Under the pieces are notes generated by a model that was not told the origin of the DNA, made no database searches, and saw only the letters and a program-made list of their open reading frames with translations. 64,000 nt of DNA from the NCBI GenBank assembly GCA_964016885.1, contig OZ024740.1:346394001-346458000 (forward strand), in the 5' to 3' direction. Source of the stretch: Eledone cirrhosa (lineage: Eukaryota). The translations under genes were made by a program, and so were the position numbers. Shown one piece after another: positions 41,972 through 57,053 of the stretch; the first letter of the stretch is position 1, and each line of letters starts with the position of its first letter.

Positions 41972-44049
41972 ATGGCTACGAAAAAGAATGTTCATAGGTC
42001 ACTCCCACTCATTCCGTCTTCTTCTTCCTCAATCGTCACTACAGCAGAGAGAAGATTGTCTCTCTCCCTTCCTTCTTTAAATGTGTCTCTCTCCCTCCCT
42101 TCTCTTTCGCAAGTGACAACAGAAATAAAAATCTCGTGCAAAGCGTGCAAGATTTCTCCACGACGACGACGACGACGACGAAACAGGTGTGCGGGAAATA
42201 CGAATACCCATTTCATTAGTCTGACGTCAGGAATAATAGCAGTAGCCGCCGTAATAACAACAGCAACAGTGACTATGAAAACAACAGTAGCAGCCGCAAC
42301 AGCATCAGCAGCAGCATAAACAACAACAGCATTAGCAGCAGCAACAACAATAACAACCACAGCAACAGCGGCGGCAGCAGTAGTCGTAGTACCTGCAGCA
42401 ACAACAAAAAGTAACAGCAGCTCTGACGACAACAACAACAACAACAGCAGCAAAGAAAAACCAATCTCATTTGCAGGTATCACAAAGAACCTGGAAACGA
42501 TCCTAATAACAAATGAGGAATTAGAGGAAGCGAAGAAGATGGTGACAAAAACTGGACACCGAGCAATCTGCAAGGCAGCGGAAACATTATTCGAAACCCA
42601 ACAGCACTGTACGGTCACGTACCGTACAGTAAGTACAAAATCCCTTAGAGTTGAAAGAGCCACAGAGGCTCAAATACAAAAAGCCTTGGGGGTCTGTGTG
42701 GCAGCGGAAAACGCACATCGCCCGAGGCAAGAATATGTCAGCGTAGACGTACTTGGTGACCCTAAGGAGCGAGGAAATTGTGTTGGTGCCCTCCTACTGC
42801 GGGCAAAAAATTGTGAGGGTCAAACTGATCCACGTCCGCCCCGGGATGGCCCCTTCTTGGCTGGCCGCGTCTGTCCTCGTCGGAATCGAGGACAAAACAA
42901 CTGTACTGCAAGTACAGAGAAAAGTAAGAGAAGATTGGGTCGGCACCTCCATTGAGATGTTAATCCAAACCAACCAGGAGTTCATCGAAGCTATCTCGGA
43001 TGTGATAGACTTCGATAACGGCACTCAATTGCCCATAAGTGTTGAGGGCAAACGCCCGAAATGCTTTCGCTGTGGATCGAAGACTCACCTCAGGGCCTTC
43101 TGCAACGAGAAGGTCCTGAGAAAGGAGAAAAACCCCCTCCTTCCGAAACCGGCTCCACGGCTACCAGCAACAAGACAAGCGGCAACCAGGAACGATAGGT
43201 CCGTGGCACCCATACCCACGCCACGGAAATCAAAAACAGCAGCAGCAGTGGAAGTATTAACAGCAACAACAGCAATACCAAATGCAGCTGCAACAGAGAC
43301 TCCAGTGCAAACATTACCAACAACAACAAGTGAAAGAGTGGAGCTGGTACCCCTCCCCGACCTCACAGAAACAGACATGGAGTGTGAGGTGGGAGAGGGA
43401 TGGAAAAAAGGACGTAAGAAGGCACAAGCGCAGAAACAGCGCCTCGTCGCCTTCGAAAAGGGAGGAAAGAAATGAAAAAAGGGTAAAGGCTACTGCAAAG
43501 AGTCTCACAGCAGCAACTCCACCAACACCATCACCACCCACACTAGCACCACCATCACCACCGGCGACAACCCCACTGCCAACAACAACAACACCTTCAA
43601 CAGCACCACCACAAGCACCCACATCGAAAACACAAAAACAAAACACACACACCCAGCAACAACGACAAGAAAATAGCAGAACCACACCCCACCCCCAGAA
43701 AAAACAAATGCACAGCAATAAATACACACAACAAGAAACTAATGACTTACATAATTGAATACACAGACATTTCACAACACGACTACATAATACAGGCACC
43801 AATCAAAACGCCAACTAACATAAGTCTGGTAAAAATCGCACAGAAACAATACACAAACATTAAAACGAAATTCCCCAACGCAGTTGGTGATTTCAGAGAC
43901 CTTTGAGGGACTCTAAATCGAAGAGTATATTCGGACATACTCATAGAAGAGCCGACAACCAGCCGAAGGGACGATTCAACGGTCCCTTCAGCAGACGATC
44001 AAGTGAAGAGGGATGGAAAAACATCCCTCCTCTACGAAAAGTACGGTAA
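41972..44049 (+). pseudogene. Tx1-2 ORF1 (CCHC knuckle), disrupted
   Basis: RPKCFRCGSKTHLRAFC; low-complexity Ser/Asn and Thr/Pro tracts. Confidence 0.87.
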
Positions 44050-44084
44050 GTGGTTTTTCCCATCTTTTCCACTCTGTTTTAAAC

Positions 44085-47000
44085 ATGACCTCACTCAGAA
44101 TAGGCAGCATAAATGCGCGTGGCTTGGGGTCGTCATGGAAGCAGGGTCACCTGCTCAACGACCTCAGGTCACTAAACATAGATATAGTGGCCATCAGCGA
44201 GACCAGAAGCTCCGAAGCACGGGCCTTCGCACCGATCTTCGACCGCTACGATGTGTACGCATCTCCCAGCCGTCCTGGATCGGGGGGAGGAGTTGCTGTG
44301 CTTTTTCGGAGAGGTTTTGATCTCGCCATACGGGCCATCTTCCTGGACCCAGAGGGTAAGTTGGTGGTGCTGGACGTGACCAGCGCAGACGGGCAAGCTT
44401 TCAGGCTAGTGGCCGTCTATGCCCCGACAGGAGCAGGGCGGCCTGATTTCTTCCGGCGTCTGGAGACCTATCTTGGAACGTCCTGCTCTTTAGTGTTAGT
44501 GGGCGACTGGAACGGGATCTTAGATGCACGCTGGGACTGTGTGGGTTTAGCGGATAGGGGTGGAGGGTGCAAGAGCCTCACCAACCTTCTCAGGCGTTTT
44601 GAATTGTCTTACAGGTACCGATTGGATTTCCCGAATGTGCCAATGTGGATTTGGACAAATCGCATAGGGTCATCCAGATCATATCTAGATAGAGTATTTT
44701 GTAGGGAAATAGATAGGTCTAGCATAGGCTGTCTAGAATTCAAGATAGTCAGCTACACGGACCACAAATTCGTGATCTGTGTGCTTGACTTAGATAGGAT
44801 TCATAGACAAGGACCCGGCTACTGGAAGCTAAACGCGCTAACCAGCGCGCAAGGCCTAAAAAGACCGGATTAGCGAACTAGTTAAGCGGGCGTTGACGGG
44901 GGCCATCGACAACAACAAGTGGTGGTTTGCTCTGAAAAGAGCAATTAGAATAGATTCCATTAGGTTTAGTAAGACTTTAGCAATAGAGAAAAATAGAGCA
45001 GAGGGAGAATTAGTTAGAAAATTAGATGAGGCGCTTAGCAAAGGCATCGCGACCGACGTACTTGCGGCGAAATTGGCCCTTGACCAATTCTTCAATGCAA
45101 AGCACGAAGGCTGCGTTGTCAGAGCTAGGGTGCGTGCTCTCAGACACGAGGGGACGAAAGCCGTTCAATGGGCCCGAGTGGCGGAGGCGCGTCGTGGCAA
45201 CAAAGCCACGATCCGGTCTTTGGTGGACCACGACGGGCGCATGCTACTCGATCCCGGGCAAATGTGTGAAGCTTTTCAGCGACACTTCGCTCAACTGTTC
45301 GGGGGCAGTGGCGGCCGGATCGAGGGATGGACTTTAGTGTCTACCTCGACGGACTGCCGCGGCTTTCGGCCACTGAGGCGGAGTGTTGCGAAAAGCCGAT
45401 AACAACCGCTGAAGTACGGGATGCAATGACTAGTTGCACAAGGGGTAAATCGCCTGGTTTGGATGGTCTGCCGTATGAACTTTACGTACAAATGCCAAAC
45501 TTGTTCGGAGGCCTCTTGGCGGACGTCTACTGCAACTGGCAACAGAACGGGAGAATTCCCAGCTCTGTGAGCCGAGGAGCGGTGGCGCTGCTGAGAAAGG
45601 ATCCGAACAAGGGGGATAACATAGATAATTTTAGGCCCATAACTCTGCTAAACACAGAGTTCAAGATTTTGGCCAAGGTGCTAGCAAAGAGGTTGGCGCT
45701 TGTCGTTGGTGGTCTGGTGGGAGAGGCACAGACATGCGCCATTCCCGACAGATCCATCCACGACAACCTCCACCTCATGCGATACATCGTAGAGAGGGTA
45801 GCTAGGGAACCTGGCACGGGTGGGTCTTTGATCAACTTAGATCAGTCGAAACCTTCGATAGGGTCGACCATCGTTACCTAACAGCAGTCCTGAGGGCGGC
45901 TGGCTTTGGGCCCGTCTTCAGAGGCTGGATCGCTGCCATGCACAGCGACATCTGCTCTGTAGTGAGAGTGAACGGTCATCTTTCGGAACCGTTCAACATC
46001 ATGCGCTCGGTCCGCCAAGGATGTCTCCTCTCGTCCCTATTGTACGTATTGACTCTCGAGCCATTAATGCACAAACTGGAGACGTTGAGGGGGGTCCCGC
46101 GCGAACTAGGATGCGGAAGATCCGTGTCAGCATATGCCGACGATGTCACCGTAGTGGTGTCGAACGCCAAACAGATCGAGGCGATCGGCACTACACTAAG
46201 AGAATACGAAGCGGTGACAGGAGCAATGATCAACCAGGAAAAGTCAGTGGGCCTGCAGCTCGGCACCTGGAGAGGCAGGTCCATGCCGTCCAACAGCGTC
46301 GTCGGGCGCTGGACGGACGGACCGGTTAAATTGCTAGGGGTCTGGTTCGGTCCAGACCTCCAGACGGACAAAAACTGGGACGAGGTGACGAGCAGGGTGG
46401 CTTCTCTCACCCAGAAATGGGCCGAGAGGAAGCTATCCCTGAAAGGTCGAGCGGAGGTGGCGAATGCGTACATCGCATCCGTCATCTACTACCGCCTGAC
46501 CGTCGTACCTTGTCCTAAGCCCCGCCTGACTGCGCTGGAGCGTTTGCTCTTTCGCTTCTTGTGGAAGGGACGCGCTCCGATGGTCAGGCGGTCCATCTGC
46601 TGTCAACACCCGCTACGTGGAGGGCTGGGAATGCCGTGGCTGATGATGCGCAGACACGCGCTCAGGCTACGACATCTCCACCTCTTCCTCGACGGTGATC
46701 AGGTGTGGTCGCCGTTTGCAAGACACGTTTTTCCCCAGCTCGTCTCCTTGACGGAGCTGCAGTCCTGGGTCAAGCGAAGACCGAGAGGGAGCGCTTGGAG
46801 ACTGGAATGTCTTCAGGCGCTCACAGCCCTCGACCAATCGGGCAATGTGATCGGTGGAAACTCCACCTTGGCGTTCTATAGGGGATTAGTGGAGGGGAAG
46901 AGCGACGACGTACTTGGAGAAACTCTAGGCGTCGACAAAAATCAACTAGCCAATCTCTTCGGAAGGACTTTCGGGCCGGGGCCTATGGACAACTTCCAGA

Positions 47001-47500
47001 AATCCCTGGCCTGGCAGTGCTACCGAGGAGCTTTGCCAGTTCGGGATAAACTCTACAGGCATGGAGGTGCCGTCAGCCGGGCATGTCCGAGATGCGCGCA
47101 GGGCGACGAAACCGTCCTGCACGCACTCGTCCAGTGTCCGAGCATTGCTGACTTGTGGGTTTATGTCGAACACCTGCTGTCACGTGTAGGACGGATCCAG
47201 CTATTAGCTGAGTCCATCGTGAGGATTGTCCCGCCCCCTTCCTTTAGCCTGGAAGGGCAGCCATTTTTTATCTGTCTGGTGGCCATGGCGAAAGAGATAG
47301 TATGGTGGACACGTTTGAAAGGGCTGAAGACGAGCACTTACCTCTTCGGTGATGCCCTGATTAACTTTTTCAAATTTCATTTGAAAAGGAAAATCAGGGT
47401 AGAGAGGGAAGTGCTCTCTTCCCAGCATTTTGTTGAAAGATGGGTGAGAGAAGCAAGTATGGCCCGAATGAATGGGCCTTCTCTGAGTATGTGTCTGTAA
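44085..47500 (+). pseudogene. Tx1-2 ORF2 (APE-RT-zinc finger), frameshifted
   Basis: GDWN, TDH, YADD, CPRC..HALVQC; about three frameshifts. Confidence 0.95.
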
Positions 47501-47782
47501 ATTAAAGGTGGAAAACTGGGAGAGGGCACTTGCCCTGGTGGTCAGGGCCACTGTGGTCTTTTAATGGGCTTTCTCCACAAATGTCCCTTGGAAGTCTGCC
47601 CCCTATTGGGGAATCTTTCTTTGTTATTTTATTTCAACCTCTGTTTTTTTACACGCAGAAATGCCCATTTGTACCGTCCTGTATTGTCCTGTACTGTCCT
47701 TAATGTCTACTTTATGTGAACCCTTGTGGTTAATAAAGAAAACATTATTATTATTATTATTATGATTATTATTATTATTATT

Positions 47783-50700
47783 TTCTTTCATTATTGTTTC
47801 TGAGATGTATGTGTTTTCCTGACACCTAGTGCAAATAAATTCACAGTGTGCATTGATTATAATTAAAAGAAAAAAGAAACGGTTTCATATATACACATGT
47901 GCATATGCATATGTAAATATAAGGCGGGATATCAATCTTACAGAGATAGTGCTCTTCTCAATACGTGTGCAGTACCAGTCAAAACAATTGTTTGCACCTC
48001 GTCCAGAGATGGTAAACCAGGAATCATTCGCAAATATTGTTATGTTCCCTTCTTGATCATTAGACTGGTATTGTAAGGGGGTGCTACATTTTCTCAATTT
48101 CAATAAGCAGATCTTTATATTTTCGTAGCTTGTCAAATTCATTTGCCGCGATATTGTGATCACATGGGATGCTCATATCTATCAATAAACAGACCCAGTT
48201 ATGTTTATCTTTTATAATGATGTCAGCTCTATTTGCTTTTATGGTCCTGTCAGTATGTACAGGAACGACCCTGAGAAGTGTTACTTTTTCTCCGTCAGTT
48301 ACAGCCTCAGGGTGATGATTGTACCACTTGTCGTAAGCTTTGATTTTGTAATGCCGACATATTACTCAGTGTAGATATTGGCCAACTCTGTCATGTCTAT
48401 ATGTGTATTCTAGTGTTGCTAAAACTTTACATCCAGAGACTAATTTATCCACTGTTTCAACCTCAGCATAGCAGAATCGGCACTTTGAGTTTATTCGTTT
48501 CTCATCACATTGGCCTGGTAATTACGAGTCAATAAGCTTTGATCTTGGGCAGCTAAGACGAGCCTTTACTCTCCGCCTTTAGCCCTGAACTACGTAGCCA
48601 CTGATGAGTGTGCTTTTGGTCAACATCAGCTTGTTTGCTACGGGCCACATATTTGCCATGCAGAGGTTTCTGCTCCCAATTTGATGCTAATTGTCCTTGC
48701 CCCTTTGCTTTTGCCAGTGATTTTATGTGCCTAGCAGCATCAGTTGCAACAGTTTCTTTAGTCTGTCCAGCCTGGGCATCAAGCATGAGATCAATAGCAT
48801 ATCTTTTGCTCTCCTTCAAGATAGAATGAAGCTTCTTACTTCTCTCATGCTTTTCAACAAGTTTCAGCATACAGTCGTTAGTTGTTTCAATGCATTTGGC
48901 CTGTCCAATGATGGTGGTCTTGTAAGCAAATTCAAATTGGATCAGGCCACGGCGTCCTTGAGTTCTAGGAAGGTAAAGACGATCCACATCTGCTTTTGGG
49001 TGGTGATATTACAGGTCAGTAGCTTACGGATTTTGGTGTCGATTCTTTTGATTTCACTCATATTCCAGTTCAACACACCGAAGCTATAAGTGACAACTGG
49101 GACTGCCAAGGAATTTATGGCTAGCACCTTGTCACGAGCGTTTAGTCCTGCTCTCAGAACTGCACGTACTTTCCTGTAACGTTCTTTCCTTATCCCCTCT
49201 TTCATACGTGCATGCTGTATGCTAGAGCCCTCATTAATCCCTAAGTATTTATAGGTTTGTTCCTGCTCAAGTTCTTTTATGATTGTTTCAGCATCCACTT
49301 CAACTGAGTCTGTGTTGACAAGCTTCCCCTTCTTGAAAGTGGCTTTTGCACACTTGTCAAGTCCAAACTCCATCCTGATGTTATCGCTAAATGTTTTTAC
49401 TGTCCGCAAAAGGCCTTCTAGTTCGTCATTATCTTTGCAATATAGCTTCAAATCATCCATATAAAATAGGTGGCTTATTTTTGTTGTTGTCAATTCTATA
49501 ACCGTACCCTGTTTTATTAAGTTCGGATGTAAGTGGTACTAAAGCTATGCAGAAAAGCAAGGGTGAATGTGAGTCACCCTGGAATATACCACAGTTGATA
49601 TTTATATTCCTAGAGCACAGTACCCCAGTGAAATGCGACAATTGGAGATTTGTGTTCCATAATGACATATTGTGTTTCAGGAACTCTGATATCACAGGAG
49701 AGATTTTGAAGATGTCCAGTGATTTCAGAATCCATGAGTGTGGTGTGCTGTCAAAGGCTTTTTTTATAATCGATCCATGCAGAGCTGAGATTTCTGTGTT
49801 TGTTATGACAGTTCTTAAGGATCATACGATTAATCAAAAGTTGATCTTTGCAACCATATGAACCTCGTCGGCACCCTTTTTGTTCAATGGGGAAAAGATT
49901 GTTCTCCTCCAAAAACACGTATGCTTTTTCCATGAGAATAGAGGTAAATAGTTTATAGGTTATGGGCCGATAGTTTTTTTTATCTTTGGTTTAGTTGTTC
50001 TTTGGTAGAAGGTAGGTAATGCCACTTGCTATCAAATCAGGTGTATTTTTTGGATCTTTCATAATTCGATTAAACAGCTTGACCAATATATTATGAGTTT
50101 ACGGGAGTGAGGAAAGCCAGAAATTTGGAACCCTCTCTCTACCAGGAGATTTCCATTTATGAGATTTATTGAGTGCTGTCCTTATGTCCGCTATAGAGAT
50201 GTCTTCCCACGCCTGTTCTTCTAAATTTGTGTAGGATTTTTCCAGGCGACTAATTCAATCTACATTAGCATTATATGTCTTCTCATCACTCCAAATCTTA
50301 CTCCAAATGTGTTCAACTTCTTCTATGGACGGAGTGCGTGTGTGTGTGTGTGTGGGGGGGGGGGGGGGGTCTTCAATAATTATTTTTTTCTTCCCTAAAA
50401 TGACTTGGCATTGGATGAGACCAACTTATTTTGCCTGTAGAAGGTGTTTCGCTTCTCGAATCTACGAATTCGTTGGGCTTGTTGCTTGGCCTTTTTGTTT
50501 CAGAGATTCTTTTGTTGAAACTATTGCTTCTCTAGAAGACAGTCCATATTTTCTCTTTGGCTTTCTTACCTTCTTGGATCTTATATCATTTCTAGCGGTT
50601 AACTCACTCAATAAAGATATTTCTCCTCTCATTACGTCAATCTTTCGATTCTACTCCTCCAAATTGGTTTACCTCGAAGGTTCGACTTTTTTTGTTTTTT

Positions 50701-51569
50701 TAGTGGTAAACAACTTGTTTCAATTACTATAGCAGATGCATAAATGATTTCATTTAACTCAGGAAGATCAGGTTCTAGTTCTTCTAAGATTTCTTTTGTC
50801 ACAGAATTACCAATCATTATTTGTTTTCTATTTTGGATTGTATATGGGAGTTTTTGAAGTGGTTCTCTATCATTTATACTAGATGTTTGGTTTTCAATTA
50901 CTGTTTCTAAGTCCCCCTCCTGGCTATTTTCAACGGGTTTAATAGGGCTTCTCATTTCTACAAACCTATTTGAGATTTGGTCAGATGGAGGTCTTTCAGT
51001 AAAGACTTGTGACTGGTTACTCTCTCCAGGAGATTCTTCAGTTCTTTCATCATTTATATTTATGTCATTCTCCACAGCCTGCTTGATCGCAGTTAGTTCA
51101 GTGTCTGTGAGTCTATTTTTACTGAAGATATGCCTCCTTACATTTGCCAACTTATTTCCATCCATATTACGTCTGATAGCTTGATTCCGAGTTTTCCAGA
51201 TTTTGTAGGAGTTTAAGGTGTGTTTGTCTTGTGATGGCCCACCTAATGCATAGTAATATGCATATATTACTTCTTTATACTATTCTCGGGTCCATTTCAT
51301 CGTTTTAGGTTTTCTTTTTGAGGTGGTTTTGGTGGTGGATCTGGAGGCCTCGAGTTGGTGCAATCCCCGATCAAGTGACCATCCAGGTCCATGATTGGAG
51401 AAGAATTTGTGCCAGAGGAGAACTTTTTGATCTCAGGTTGGCACCTTCTTGAGGGACGCGCTTCCTGATTAACCATAAGAAAAGCGATCTGGTATTGTGT
51501 ATTAATTTTTATTTGTTCATCTCGCAGTACATGCTTGGGCTACACATGGTATTGGACGTACATGGAAAG
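47783..51569 (-). mobile_element. Dong/R4 family C (related to B), decayed, short or truncated 5' end
   Basis: GIFQGDSHSP, FYMDD, CRFC..SGC, RHD, NRADIIIKD..LIDMSIP, GTAHVLRRALSL* at 47938; ATG at 51520. Confidence 0.92.
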
Positions 51570-51816
51570 TTGTTGTTATTATTATTATTATTATTATTAT
51601 TGAATGCTATGGTTGACGGAGGCTCGGCTCTGTAAGGTATTGTAAATTTTGACCGCTATAACAATTGTAAATTGTTTAAAACTTTAACCAAATTGTAGAC
51701 AAAAACACCCTCCTCCTTGTGAGAGGGGTCTTTCTGCCCGTTATTTGGCCCTTCGGGGTTAAATAACAGCTTATTGGGGTTTTGTGCCCAATATTTATTT
51801 TAAACAAAAAAAAAAC

Positions 51817-53904
51817 ATGGCTACGAAAAATAATTTTCATAGGTCACTCCCACTCATTCCGTCTTCTTCTTCCTCAATCGTCACTACAGCAGAGAGAAGA
51901 TTGTCTCTCTCCTTCCCTTCTCTAAATGTATCTCTCTCCCTCCCTTCTCTTTCGCAAGCGACGCTAGTAAAGAAAAATCACGTGCAAAGCGTGGAAGATT
52001 TTTCCACGACGACGACGACAACGACGAAAAAGGTGTGCGGGAAATACAAAAACCCATTTCATTCGTCTGACGTCATGAATAATAGCAGTAGCAGCCGTAA
52101 TAACAGCAGCAGCAGCAACAGTGACAAGGAAAACAACAGTAGCAGCCGCAACAGCAACAGCAGCAGCATAAACAACAACAGCATTAGCAGCAATAGCAAC
52201 AATAACAGCAGCAGCAGAAACAACAACAACAACCACAGCAACAGCGGCGGCGGCAGTAGTCGTAGTACCTGCAGCAACAACAAAAGTAACAGCAGCTCTG
52301 ACGACAACAACCAATCTCGTTTGCAGCTATCGCAAAGAACCTGGAAACCATCCTCATAACAAATGAGGAATTACAGGAAGCGAAGAAGATGGTGAGAAAA
52401 CCGGACACCGAGCAATCTGCAAGGCAGCCGAAACATTTTTCGAAACCCAACAGCACTGTACGGTCACGTACCGAACAGTAAGCACAAAATCCCGTAGGGT
52501 TGAAAGAGCCACAGAGGCTCGAATACAAAAAGCCTTAGGGTCTGTGTGGCAGCGGAAAACGCATATCACCCGAGGCAAGAAATATGCCACCGTAGACGTG
52601 CTTTTTGCCACACCCCAGGAGGCAAAGGCTCAATCCTTATTGACCCTAAGGAGCGAGGAAATGGAGTTGGTGCCCTCCTACTGCGGGCAAAAAATTGTGA
52701 GGGTCAAACTGCCCCCCCCCCGCCCCCCGGGATGGCCCCTTCTTGGCTTGCCGCGTCTGTCCTTGTCGGAATCGAAGACATAGCTCTACTGCAAGTACAG
52801 AAAAAAGTAAGAGAAGATTAGGTCGGCACCTCCATTGAGTGCATCGAAGCTATCTCGGATGTGATAGACTTCGATAACGGCACTCAACTGCCCATAAGTT
52901 TTGAGGCCAAACGCCCGAAATGCTTTCGCTGTGGATCGAAGACTCACCTCAGGGCCTTCTGCAACGAGAAGATCCTGAGAAAGGAGAAAAACCCCTCCTT
53001 CCGAAACCGGCTCCACGGCTACCAGCACAGGACAAGCGGCAACCAGGAACGATAGGTCCGTGGCACCCATACCCACGCCACGGAAATCAAGAACAGCAGC
53101 AGTAGTGGAAGTATTAACAACAACAACAGTAATACCAAATGCAGCTGCAACAGAGACTCCACTGCAAACATTACCAACAACAACGAGTGAAAGAGTGGAG
53201 CTGGTACCCCTCCCCGACCTCACACAATCAGACATGGTGTGTGAGGTGGCAGAGGGATGGCAAAAGGTCGTAAGAAGGCACAAACGCAGAAGCAGCGCAT
53301 CGTCGCCTTCGAAAAGGGAGGAAAGAAATGAAAAAAAGGTAAAGTCCACTGCAAAGAGACTCACAGCAGCAACACCACCAACATCATCACCACCCACACT
53401 AGCACCACCATCACCACCGGCGACAACCCACCGCCAACAACAACAACACCTTCAACACCACCACCACAAGCACCAACATCGCAAACACAAAAACAAAACA
53501 CACACACCAAACAACAACGACAAGAAAATAGCAGAACCACACCCCACCCCCAGAAAAACAAATGCACGGCAATAAATACACACAACAAGAAACTAATGAC
53601 TTACATAATTGAACACACAGACTATTCACAGCACGACTACATAAAACCAGCACCAATCAAAACGCCAACGAACATAAGACTGGTAAAAATCGCACAGAAC
53701 CAATACAGAAACAATAAAACGAAATTCCCCAACGCAGTTGGTGACTTCAAAGACCTAGGAGGGACACTCAAGCGGAGAGTATATTCGGACATACTCATAG
53801 AAGAGCCGACGACCAGCCGAAGGGACGATTCAACGGTCCCTTCAGCAGACGATCAAGTGAAAAGTGATGGAGAAACCATCCTTCCTCTACGAAAAGTACG
53901 GTAA
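51817..53904 (+). pseudogene. Tx1-3 ORF1, disrupted
   Basis: RPKCFRCGSKTHLRAFC; ends ILPLRKVR*. Confidence 0.87.
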
Positions 53905-53938
53905 GTGGTCTTTCCCATCTTTTCACTCCATTTTAAAC

Positions 53939-56900
53939 ATGACCTCAATCAGAATAGGCAGCATAAATGCGCGTGGCTTGGGATCATCATGGAAGAAGTG
54001 TCACATGCTCAACGACCTCACGTCACTAAACATAGATATAGTGGCCATCAGCGAGACCAGAATCTCCGAAGCACGGGCCTTCGCACCGATCTTCGGTGGC
54101 TACGATATGTACGCATCTACCAGCTGTCCTGGATCGGGGGGAGGAGTTGCTGTGCTTTTTCGGAGAGGTTTGGATCTCACCATACGGGCCATCTTCCTGG
54201 ACCCAGAGGGTAAGTTGGTGGTGCTGGACGTGACCAGCGGAGACGGGCAAGCTTTCAGGCTAGTGGCCGTCTATGCCCCGACAGGAGCAGGGCGGCCTGA
54301 TTTCTTCCGGCGTCTGGAGAACTTTCTTGGAACGTCCCGCTCTTTAGTGTTAGTGGGCGACTGGAACGGGATCTTAGATGCACGCTGGGACTGTGTGGGA
54401 TTAGCGGATAGGGGTGGAGGGTGCAAGAGCCTCACCAACCTTCTCAGACGTGTTGAACTGTCTGACAGGTACCGATTGATTTCCCAAATGTGCCAATGTG
54501 GAGGTGGACAAATCGCATAGGGTCATCCAGATCTTATATAGATAGAGTATTTTGTAGGGAAATAGATAGGTCTAGCATAGGCTGTCCACAATTCAAGATA
54601 GTCAGCTACACGGACCACAAATTCGTGATCTGTGTGCTTGACTTAGCTAGGCTTCATAGACGAGGACACGGCTACTGGAAGCTAAACGCGTCCTTACCAG
54701 CGCGCAAGGCCTACAGAGACCGGATTAGCGAACTAGTTAAGCGGGCGTTGACGGGGGCCATCGTCAATCACAAGTGGTGGTTTGCTCTGAAAAGAGCGAT
54801 TAGACTAGAATCCATTAGGTTTAGTAAGGCTTTAGCAATAGAGAAAAATAGAGCAGAGGGAGAACTAGTTAGAAAATTAGACGAGGCGCTTAGCAAAGGC
54901 ATCGCAACCGACGTGCTTGCGGCGAAATTGGCCCTTGACCAATTCTTCAATGCAATGCACGAAGGCTGTGTTGTCAGAGCTAGGGTTCGTGCTCTCAGAC
55001 ACGAGGGGACGAAAGCTGTTCAATGGGCCCGAGTGGCGGAGTCGCATCGTGGCAACAAAGCCACGATCCGGTCTTTGGTGGATCACGACTAAGCGCATGC
55101 TACTCGATCCCGGGCAAATGTGTGAAGCTTTTCAGCGACACTTCGCTCAGCTGTTCGGGGGCAGCGGTGGGCCGGGTCGAGGGATGGACTTTAGTGTCTA
55201 CCTCGACGGACTGTCGCGGATTTTGGCCAAGGTGCTAGCAAAGAGGTTGGCGCTTGTCGTTGGTGGTCTGGTGGGAGAGGCGCAGACATGCGCCATTCCC
55301 GACAGATCCATCCACGACAACATCCACCTCATGCGATATATCGTAGAGACGGTAGCTAGGGAACCTGGCACGGGTGAATCTTTGATCAATTTAGATCAGT
55401 CGAAAGCTTTCGATAGGATCGACCATCCTTACCTAGCGCCAGTCTTGAGGGCGGCTGGTTTTGGGCCCGTCTTCAGAGACTGGATCGCTGCCATGCACAG
55501 CGACATCTGCTCTGTGGTGAGAGTGAACGGTCACTTTCGGAACCGTTCAACATCATGCGCTCGGTCCGCCAAGGATGTCCCCTCTCGTCCCTCTTGTACG
55601 TATTGACTCTCGAGCCATTACTGCACAAACTGAAGACGTTGAAGGGCGTCCCGCGTGAACTAGGATGCGGAAGCTCCGTGTCAGCATATGCGGACGATGT
55701 TACCGTAGTGGTGTCGAACGCTAAACACATCGTGGCGATCGGCACTAAACTAAGAGAATACGAAGCGATGACAGGAGCAATGATCAACCAGGAAAAGTCA
55801 GTGGGCCTGCAGCTCGGCACCTGGAGAGGCAGGTCCATGCCGTCCAACAGCGTCGTCGGACGCTGGACGGACGGACCGGTTAAATTGCTAGGGGTCTGGT
55901 TCGGTCCGGACCTCCAGACGTAAAAAAACTGGGTCGACGTAACTAGCAGGGTAGCTTCTCTCACCCAGAAATGGACGGAGAGGAAGCTATCCCTGAAAGG
56001 TCGAGCGGAGGTGGCTAACGCGTACATCGCCTTTGTCATCTGCTACCGCCTGACCGTTGTACCTTGTCCTAAGCCCCGCCTGACTGCGCTGGAGCGTATT
56101 CTCTTTCGCTTTTTGTGGAAGGGACGCGCTCCGATGGTCAGGCGGTCCATCTGCTGTCAACACCCGCTACGTGGAGGGCTGGGCATGCCGTGGCTGATGA
56201 TGTGCAGACACGCGCTCAAGCTACGACATCTCCACCTCTTCCTCGATGGTGATCAGGTGTGGTCGCCGTTTGCTAGACACGTATTTCCGCAGCTCGTTTC
56301 CTTGACGGAGCTGCAGTCCTGGGTCAAGCGAAGACCGAGAGGGAGCGCCTGGAGACTGGAATGTCTTCAGGCGCTCACAGCCCTCGACCAATCGGGCAAT
56401 GTGATCGGTGGAAACTCCACCTCGGCGTTCTATAGAGGATTAGTGGAGGGGAAGAGCGACGACGTACCTGGGGAAACTCTAGGCGTCGACGAAAATCAAC
56501 TAGCATATCTCTTCGGAAGAACTTTCGGGCCGGGATCTATGGACAACTTCCAGAAATATCTGGCCTGGCAGTGCTCCCGAGGAACCTTGCCAGTTCGGGA
56601 TAAACTCTACAGGCATGGAGGTGCCGTCAGCCGGGCATGTCCGAGATGCGCGCAGGGCGACGAACCGTCATGCACGCACTCGTCCAGTGTCCGAAAATTG
56701 CTGACTTGTGGGTTTATGTCGAACACCTGCTGTCACGTGTAGGACGGATCCAGCTATTAGCTGAGTCCATCGTGAGGATTGTCCCGCCCCCTTCCTTTAG
56801 CCTGGAAGGGCAGCCATTTTTTATCTGTCTGGTGGCCATGGCGAAAGAGATAGTATGGTGGACACGTTTGAAAGGGCTGAAGACGAGCACTTACCTCTTC

Positions 56901-57053
56901 GGTGATGCCCTGATTGACTTTTTCAAATTTCATTTGAAAAGGAAAATCAGAGTAGAGAGGGAAGTGCTCGCTTCCCAGCATTTTGTTGAAAGATGGGTGA
57001 GAGAAGCAAGAATGGTCCGAGTGAATGGGCCTACTCTGAGTACGTATATGTAA
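53939..57053 (+). pseudogene. Tx1-3 ORF2, disrupted
   Basis: APE and YADD motifs; ~303-bp deletion near 55219; stops and frameshifts. Confidence 0.93.

Larger units (their letters stand above)
41762..47743 (+). mobile_element. Tx1/L1-clade LINE copy 2, full length
   Basis: 5'UTR nearly identical to copy 3; AATAAA at 47732; (ATT)n tail. Confidence 0.95.
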
